From assembly GCA_016748015.1 (NCBI GenBank), contig JAAOMT010000128.1:1557538-1621537 (forward strand): a DNA stretch of 64,000 nt, given 5' to 3'. Source of the stretch: Geosiphon pyriformis uo1. Lineage: Eukaryota; Fungi; Glomeromycota. Both the position numbers and the translations under genes were made by a program. Position 1 is the stretch's first letter. Every line of letters starts with the position of its first letter. Shown here in pieces: positions 53,477 through 64,000 of this stretch. Below the pieces are notes generated by a model, which saw only the letters and a program-made list of their open reading frames with translations, had not been told where the DNA came from and searched no databases.

Positions 53477-54227
53477 CTGTCAAGATACCAACCCATTTAG
53501 AAACCTCAGGCAAGCCAGATTTGGTTTGATTTATGCGCCAATTTTCTTTTATTACTTGAGCTATCAACCGAAATCAGTGCGGTTGGGCCAAAAAATGTAA
53601 TTTAAAGCTCGAATTTAATAGCTTGAAGAATTTGTTAGGTTTCATTGTAAATATGGGCGCCCATTTAAAGAACAAGAATTTATCAATAAATTTCTCATCA
53701 ATTTAATGTTTGGATGCATAAGTATATATTTATCAATTTCTCCATTTCGTTATCACTGATATCTCGAAGTTCTTTTAATGTAATTTAATTTTGTGGGACT
53801 TACTCCTTTTTCTTGCTTTAGATTTTCAGAAATTTTTGTTTGAGCTGTTCTCTCTTTCATTTTTATTTTGGAAATAACAAGCATCAACTTTTTTTTTGCT
53901 TTTTATTATCAATAATTGTAAAATACTTTGAAATTCAAATTATAAATTTGCTACTTAGGATAGATCAAGTATAACTTATGTAAAAGTCCAAAAATGATAA
54001 CAGAATTAAAAGTATTGCATAAGTTTCAACGGCTATATTCTCAAGTGTTGAGCTTATCTTTCGCACCAGAGAGCTTTCAATGTCTATTTTTATTATATTT
54101 TAGGGTGACCGCTGCAGAAAAAGCAATACATCATCAATGAAATTATTATATAACTATCTTACACTAATTTTAAAGTTCTATATGTTCCAGATTTTATTTT
54201 TTCTACATTCAAATCCCAACATCGGCA

Positions 54228-57200
54228 TTAAAAGAAAGGTTTGGATGATACTCCACCTGGATAAGAGACTCCAAAGCCTTGTTGCGAGATCCTAAACAAC
54301 CGAGTAATTAAATTTAGTTAAGACTTAAATACATGACTTTTGCTGAAATAATAAGACTCACCCTTGGGCGCCTTGTGTTATTAGTAATTGAGTTCCGAGA
54401 CCATGACCAATGATTGGAGAGTCTATCATTTTACAATGAAAACGGATTAATGACTATTATTTTTGTTCAAATTTATCGACAAATAATTTCACAGCTGGTT
54501 ACCCGCGTCTTGTTGTTCTCTTTCCTTTTCTTTAGCCTTTCGTTCTTGATTATCTTTTTCCAAATTATTAACCTTGAGAAGAAACAATTATTTACATCAA
54601 TGGGATTATCAAGCAACAGGTCGACTCAACTTTCATGGATCGCGTTACCTTTAGGTTTAATTCCCTAAACGTCTGTATCATGAACGGCATTGCCATGTCA
54701 TAGAACCCATGTCGCCAGGTTAATTCCAGTACGATGTCTGGCCGTATTGTGTCATAACATGCATATGTGCAGGCGGCAAAAGAAGCCTTATCGCCAATAT
54801 TTGCAAAATATTTTAAGAGCTCCTCGGCAACTTCTGTAGAAGATGAGTTATTCGCGGTTTCGATGGCATCTTCATATAACTTATCCTGCTTAGATAAAGC
54901 GATTGAATCTTCCCATCGCTTGTTCCTTCGATGTATCAGGGCGGCTATTCTACGGAACTGTAGCAGTTCGTGCCTTTCCAACCGTTTTGCCAGCTCATAA
55001 TTATTAAAGTTATCAAAGTTGCCAATTGAATCCCGCAAAGACTTATAATCCCCTTCTTCAATCAAAAGATCATTATATGCATTATTGATGGCTTCATTAT
55101 TCTCCTAAAAAAAGAAAATTTTCAATGTTATCTCAATGGCTTTGCACTAAACACATTAATAAATGATCGATTGGAGAATCAAACCTTCTGGACCGCGATC
55201 AAATAGGGTTTTATCAAGGGTAAATTATCAGATTTTTCAAGAGTTTGAACAACTCTTGCATGATCAATGCGAGGTGCGAGTGTCGCTAACAGATCATTAA
55301 TCAATAAAGGATGTTCCTTTAGGTAAAAAACTAAAGCCTAGGAAGAAATTAAAAGTAAGAAAAGATTGTTTTAAAAGGCTGAACCTAAGAATAAACCTAT
55401 ACCTTGTAGTATATTTCAAGATTGCTAACTTTTGCAATCACATCTTTGAACCGATTATGATCCCAAGCATCTGCAGCATGAGTGATTATAGCGAGGGCTG
55501 CGTTATCATATTCTTCATAATGTTCGTACAAAAAAACTTGTTCATTCCATAGGTGGAAATCTTCGCAAGCTCTAATAACTTTAGGTATGTTCAAACGATT
55601 CCAGAATAAACGCAGGTGCTCGTCTGTCTTTTCTGGTCGATATTTGGTATATAAAATTGCTAGCTCGGTAAACATGCCCATATGAGCTCTTTCTAAGCCC
55701 AAACCACTTTCAAGAAGAGCCAGAAGCTCATCAATATAGCCTTTAGTTTCATATAGGCGAATCAAATCCTAAATGAACTCTCAATTAATTTTGCTGAATT
55801 AATTTCAGGAAACTCACTTATATATCATAAAGCAAACCTGCAGTTCCTCAGCATGCACAACAAGATTCAACCCACAGATTTGAGCCAACCGGAATTCACG
55901 TTTTTGAACACATGCAATGTGAACATCTTTCCAGACCCTGAAGAATAGATTGATTCGAATATGGCCTTTGATAAAAAACGGAGTATAGAATAAAACGTAA
56001 ATTCGGTTACTTAGTACTCCCAGCTTTTCGTGCACCATCAACAGCAGCCTGATGTTCTCCCAAATGAACAAGCGTTGAAGCTAAGCGTGCCCAGTTCGAA
56101 ATACTTTGGAATAAGATTTTAGCGGCTTCGTAGAGTTCATCATCATAGCAACGATCACCAATAGCTTGAATTTGCGCTACATTAGGACCATTGAGAAATT
56201 CTTCCAAGTCATGGAATCTTCCTGTTTTTGCATAAGCAAATAGCAACTCGCTATCGACAAGTGGTTCACGGATCTTCTTGCGGCACATTTGGAGATATCG
56301 CACAAGGTCTTCTTGTTTTCCAGCCCGTGTCGATATATCGATAACCTCAGAAAAATTACTTGGATCGTCAGCACGTATATAGGAATCTAATATTGGTATT
56401 AAATAGTAAGCCTCATTAATAGATACTCACTTTGAAATGCGAGTAAATCAATCACGTCGGTACCAATAGAATCTTTAATCCTAAGGCCTTCAATTTGAGC
56501 TTTTGCTAATCTACTCCAAACTTCAGCTTGATCGACGCGCTCAGCGTACTCTGATGCACGATCAATACTGGCAATATGTTCGATAAGAACATTGATCGCA
56601 CTGGTATGGACTTCATATTTTTTGAAGATAGTAAATGCTTCTTCATAAAGTTGGGCATTAATGGCGATTCCAGCAATGTCGGGAGCATTATAGTTATTCA
56701 GTTTGTTGACATATTCCATAACTTTAGATCTGTGAGCCTGATATTTCATGAGACAGAATTTCAGTAGAATTTTAAAAATACGTTATATTAAAGTTAAATT
56801 TAATTACCTTGATAGCCGTAAGAATAAGAAGGTTTTGCAGATTATGATTATCACTAAAAGCGGTATTTTCCAATATAAGCTTCTCCAACATTTCGATGAG
56901 CTCCAGTGGCAGGTCAGCAGTCATAAAAGATTTGACAGTAATTGAAACATCTTCAGGATCTGAAGATTCGGGCAAAGCAGTTGCGTTGACCTAAAATAGA
57001 GAAAATATCAAAATAATTCATGAGATTCAAAAAAGGGTTAACAATTATCATCCAACTGTTTTACCTGATCAATCAAAGACCTACGATGTATATTCCCAGA
57101 ACTAAGGACGTATTGCCATAATTGAGGATCTCGGCGTTTGACTAGATATCTAGCTTGATGTTTAAACATTGAATTTTCATTTGTAATTTTGACAAGTTCT

Positions 57201-60200
57201 TTGTCACAACGCCCCCTTTGATAGGCGATAAATGCAAGATGAGGATCACGTTTTTCACAATATTGCCCGACAACAAGAGAATCGTAAAACTATGCACAAC
57301 GTTTAAATATAAGAATTGTAAATTAACGAAGAATATAGGGAACTCGAACGATATGATCGCAGAACTTTGAGACTTACCGGATTTTCTTTTAAGAAAGCTT
57401 CTGGATTGTTGTTACTATCAATATATATCTTTGCAAGAGCGTTGTAAACGGCTGGATCTTTACTTCCTTCGTTGATCCGAAGTTCTAACCAGGGTAATAG
57501 CAGTTTTAATCTATTGCGCTTTTCAACTTCTTCTACTAATTGGTCAACAGGTAGAGAACCAGTGACAGACATCAACAAATTTTTGATAACTAGTTCGTCG
57601 CAGTCAACGTCAAGTAAGCCACCAACAACGATCGGCGTTCGAGCGGGATTAACTTTTTGAACATAAACTTCAATATATTTAGTCAAGTTCTGCTGATATA
57701 AGAACAGAACGAGATCATGGACAAAATCATGTCGATCACAAACGATAATCAAGGGAAGTTGGTCCTGAAGTTTGGCTTCCTATAAATCATGGATTGGATT
57801 GAGAAAGATCATATTGTAGTAAATAGAAATTATAGGCTTGAATTATTAAAAAGAACTCCTTGATATTCAAAAACCTTACTTTCAAGAAGTTTTTGACTTT
57901 TTCGGGATCATAATATCTGCTCTCTTTGCAAATTCTTTCAACTTCTTTGTATTGACCGAATTTTACACCCGCTTGAATATATTTGAAATGTACATCGGGA
58001 TCCGTGCTAAGATTGACGATTGATCCAAGATAATAGTAAAGACCTTAAAAAATTACAAGGGTCGAGTGAGAGTACGCTAGTAATGGCCTGTGTAAAGCCA
58101 AAGAGTTACCTTCAAATGATTTAAAAGATTCAAACAATGCAATTAATCTTAAAGGTTGCAGTTGATCGGAGTACTTGGTGGCGATTTGTACCACAACTTG
58201 TAAGTTCTGTCTTATATTGACTTTGAGCATTTCTTTCATGCAATCAAGGGATTGCTCCACCGATAGAACTCCTATATAATTTACAACCCACTGATGCGAC
58301 AAATAGACCTCATTATATAATATTCTCACTTTATTTCGTACTGGGTCAAAACATTATTCTTTACCTCCGGATTTAAAGCCTGAGTATGTACGATGACGCG
58401 TTTAATATCGTTTATGTCTGTATAATGCTCCAGAGCCTAACAAACACATAAGCAAATTGAGAAAATTTTACATTCCCGGCTAAAAAATGTTTTATTTTAT
58501 GAGCACCTTTTGATATAGCCCCGCTTTTTCGCAAAGTTTAGCAATAGTAAACCGATCATAATGAGTAAACATTTCATTGCTGAGAATAGCGTCGGCAACT
58601 TGCGGATGATGGATCAGATTCATTTCGAGCAATCGGGTTTGCAAGTGACCATGTTCTGGTTTATTGTCTTTAATTGCGTCAAGTAAGAATGATGTTGCTT
58701 GTTGTATCAGGCTTTGAGACATAAAGACATCAACCACCTGAGAATTGAATTATGATTTGAGAGTTGAACCTCAGATTGAAGGATTATAAAAAGAAAAAGA
58801 AACATACACGCTCAATATCCACTAGGGGCCCGTTTTCATCATTTAGCAACATTGTGGCAAATTCAGATCCTTTCTCTGGATCCAATCTCATAACGTGTTG
58901 AAGCAGCGCAGAATAATCAGGCTGAACCCCAGTTTTTGTTGCGTATTTAATAATTCTGTCAAATAATCCAGCTTCAGCAAAACATGCGATCACCTAAAGG
59001 AGAGGTTTATTTTTATATAGTAATTAAATTATTGTTCGACTATTCTCGGCAGTAAAATTTACCTTAAGGTGTTGATCACATCTGGTATAAACTGCTGCTG
59101 CTACACTAACGTCGTATTGACGAACAAAATCGCCCAATTCTTCACTACACTCAAACTATAAATATGCAATTAAAAACGAAATAACGGAAAAGTTAAGAAA
59201 GGAATCCAATGTGAAATTCGTGAGTACTATGCCTTTTCCTCCAATAGCCATCTCTCAAAAAGATGTTTTTTTTCTTGCATAAAAACAGGCTTGGCCAATT
59301 CAAGTGACTCATAACGATTAAGATTTCCTTTTTCAAGAAGTGTAGCAAAATACTGCATGAGTGGTGGTGGTACGTGAGAGCCTTGGGCAATTGGCACGGA
59401 TTTGAATAGCTCAATTGTTTGGGGGGTACGCAGAAATGCCTGAAAAAATATATATCAATATTTTATTTAAAAAGAAGGAAATCTAATAGAAAAAAATTAA
59501 ATACCCTTGGGGACAAAGCCGCTACCCTCGCAGCGTCTTGGTAATTGCCAGCCTGGTATAATGATGAAAACTTTTGAACATACAATTCCTCAGCTCCAGG
59601 TAAATCATTGCGAACAGCCATACGAAGTGCAAGATTTGGATTTCCGAGATTTGAAATTATATATGGAATGATATTGTTTTCCTCCACAGAAACAGATAAT
59701 ATCTTTAAAATAGAATATTTTATTAGAGAATTTATTGAAATAGCAAAAATTGATAAAAATTACCTGTCCTCTTCTATTAACGGCTATTATACCACTGGGT
59801 ATTTCATATTCGGCAGTCACAAATATTGTAGCCTCAGTAATTCTGTTCATGTAAATACATGTGCCAGATTCCAAATCATAAAGGTGGATGTAGCCAAGTT
59901 TCGTCAAGAGATATATAATGTCATATTTTTTTCCAATTTGCATTCCAACTGGGAAATCTTCTTTGGCCTCTGGGGGGAAAAACACATCTACAGCCTTTTT
60001 AACATAAGCCGGATTTTCTTGCTTATGATCAACTTCAACGACATGAAGCTGTAAAGATATAAAAAACCCCAAATTAATTTTATGAAATAATGACAATTCT
60101 AGGTGAAATAATTGGCTACCTTTGCGCCTGTGGAAGTTCGCACAGCAAACGTGAAGAGTTGGGTAGGAGATTTGGCATTTTCTAACATAATAGTTGCAAA

Positions 60201-61108
60201 AGCAGCAGCATGGCCTTCAATTGGTTGACTAACGCTGCGATCTACGGAATAAAGTTGCATGCTTCCCACCACTTTCATTTCCTTCAAATAAAAAATGATT
60301 TTAATAAAACAATTCAGCTAACTTGTGATTAATCCTAAAGAAATCATAAATACCACGGCTTGAATTCCAATCAGAACCATCCATTTTTCTTCGATGTTTA
60401 CACGATAATTTATTATTTGACAATTTACAAGGCTAGCATGCCTATCAAATATCTTTTTCGGTGGCGATTCATCATCAATCGTCCAATGATATACCGAGTT
60501 TAAAGTTACAAGGCCTAAAGTCCTGTTGTTGATCCATTTACAAAAGGAAACATCCTCATGCATTGTGTGCGATTTTACTTTTGCTTTTGATGATAAATCA
60601 AACAGTTGTAATTGGCGCTGTGCTTTGATGATCCCAATAAAATTATCGAATTTGAAATTAATGTCAAGTGGAATTATATCAAAAAATTTAGTATTTTAAA
60701 AATTACCCTTTAAAGCAATTTTTCTCTCCTTTGGGTGCATGATTGCGGCGTCAGCCTTAATAGGCCTTCGGAAAATGTTTCCAGTATCGTTAAGATCAAT
60801 TATTACAAGTTGATCTCCCTCCCCTGACTCACGCACGCATATGTAACGGTCAGACTCCATCGTCACCGTTTGGAACCCAATGTTTGCCGAGTTTATGCCA
60901 TAATCGGGTAGCTAATAAAAAAAGCAACCGAATTTAGTGAAATTAGATGGTGAGATCTAGTAGTTAATGTCTTAGGGCAAAATAATAGGTCAGCTTCGGC
61001 GACTTGACGGCAAGTACTCTTAAAGGAAACGAATTATGCTTGCTAAACTAGAAGGTTGTGGATTACCTTTAGGTGTTCCTGGAACTTTATTGGAAGACTT
61101 TCATCCAT
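54228..61108 (-). CDS. CHC1: Clathrin heavy chain, about 25 exons
   Basis: [103 protein letters not shown].. ending GVSSKPFF* (TAA 54228-54230). The splice path was traced through 24 introns. Confidence 0.98.
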
Positions 61109-61572
61109 GGTTAACTTTACAAAGGTTTTATACTATTCTTGAGTTATTAAAAAAATATATTTTATTTGATTTTCAGGAATATGTAGGATAACCTGTATGA
61201 CGTATCTGAATTCTTGAACCTTTGGTCAGCTAGAATGATATATGCATAAGCTTTCATCACACCCTATTGGTGTTCGAAAAGGAAGCAATATCCTTAACCT
61301 TATCAACCTAAGCAGTGAAATGTCTAATTCTGAAATGTAGTTATTTTTAAATATTGGATCAAAATTTGCCTGATCAAAGATCAACACCGCGCCTATATTG
61401 CATCTTTTCACTATGAATATAACTCCCAAAAATTCCTTTCTTGATCGAGTAGACAGATAAATTAACAATTTCAACAGTCTGAGAATGAATCAAATGTTTT
61501 AGCTGTGAAATCATCTATTTAAAATTTCCAGCAAAAAGATTTAACCCCAACAAATTCCATCTGTTTAAGGGG

Positions 61573-63382
<1,810 letters not shown>

Positions 63383-63786
63383 TTTTGCTGCTGAAATTTG
63401 GCACTAAAGCTAAATGATGCGCGAGTTAAAAAGATGCGCGTTAATCTTGCTGACGCAATTATCTTGAGATTTTCTGCAGATCCCTAAAATTCATCGAGTA
63501 AGAGACTTACAAGACTAGTACAAAAATCCATGAAACTGCTTGCATGCGGAATGTGACTCAAAGATGCACGGCAATCATGAACTCTGAACAGCACTTCAAA
63601 AAGCTGGAAAATGAAATTGTAAACAATTTAATTTTCAATCCCGGCAAGCTCTTTACACCCTTCAAAGCGTCCTTACTACCTACAATCTTAACAAGGCTTT
63701 TACCTATTACCCTTTTCTAATCCACTAAATTTAGAGTCGTGAAGGGCACAATAGAAGGCCTAAATTAAATACACTCATTTTTCGTA
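63383..63786. promoter_or_regulatory. Divergent (bidirectional) promoter between RPT4 and the next gene
   Basis: Head-to-head ATGs 404 bp apart. Contains tandem GATGCGCG (~63417, ~63433), TGACGCAA (~63451) and TGACTCA (63554-63560). Confidence 0.55.
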
Positions 63787-64000
63787 ATGGGTAATATTAG
63801 CAGTTCTCTAGATGAACACCCGACTTTATACATAAAGAACCCAGACCGATGTAAGAAGAGCCACCCAGTTCTAAGATTTTTTCCTTTCAAAATTCCCACT
63901 TTACTCGATCAAAATTTAAAAATTTCATTGCAAGCCACATATTTATCCACTGCATTTATTAATGTGTTTCTTTAGTTCAACTATTGGAAATAATTGTTTC
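63787..64000 (+). CDS. 5' end of a gene with an N-myristoylation motif, probably a fungal BAR-PH-ArfGAP (Age1-like); truncated by the window end
   Basis: MGNISSSLDEHPTLYIKNPDR|FQLLEIIV via a GTAAGA..TTTAG intron; MGxxxS motif. It resembles recalled N-termini of fungal Age1-type ArfGAPs (MGNxSSxxD..LYLxxxxR). Confidence 0.5.

Noticed and set aside
61173-61260. Box C/D snoRNA-like arrangement on the minus strand (GTGATGA..CTGA..CTGA, ~88 nt) just upstream of CHC1
   Set aside because: No terminal stem and no convincing 10+ nt rRNA complementarity next to the D/D' boxes that I can identify. It lies in the CHC1 promoter/5'UTR. snoScan or Infernal would settle it.

Overview
Eukaryotic fungal genomic DNA with short GT-AG introns. 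The TE protein families and intron style suggest Glomeromycotina, possibly Geosiphon-like; this is inferred from recalled families, not from a search. The window alternates between two compartments. (1) Gene islands: a DUF427 gene, tRNA-Thr(AGT), a secreted RlpA/expansin-like DPBB protein, the ASA1/GNB1L WD40 protein, a disordered PPxY protein, an intronless stand-alone ASCH protein, tRNA-Phe(GAA), NDUFA8, clathrin heavy chain, RPT4 and the 5' end of a probable Arf-GAP. (2) Three extremely AT-rich blocks (~1-4.0 kb, ~20.5-41.4 kb, ~49.95-52.65 kb) made of nested Ty3/Gypsy and RNase H-bearing LINE retrotransposons. Their catalytic motifs remain legible but were destroyed by C>T and G>A transitions on both strands (YLDD>YLNN, DSG>NSK, FVDD>FVDN). 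Two LTR copies in the window differ at 12 of 106 aligned bases, all transitions. The best candidate for an undescribed system is a RIP-like repeat-directed cytosine hypermutation process whose context bias looks unlike ascomycete CpA RIP. There is a 956-N assembly gap at 15373-16328. TE boundaries are approximate.
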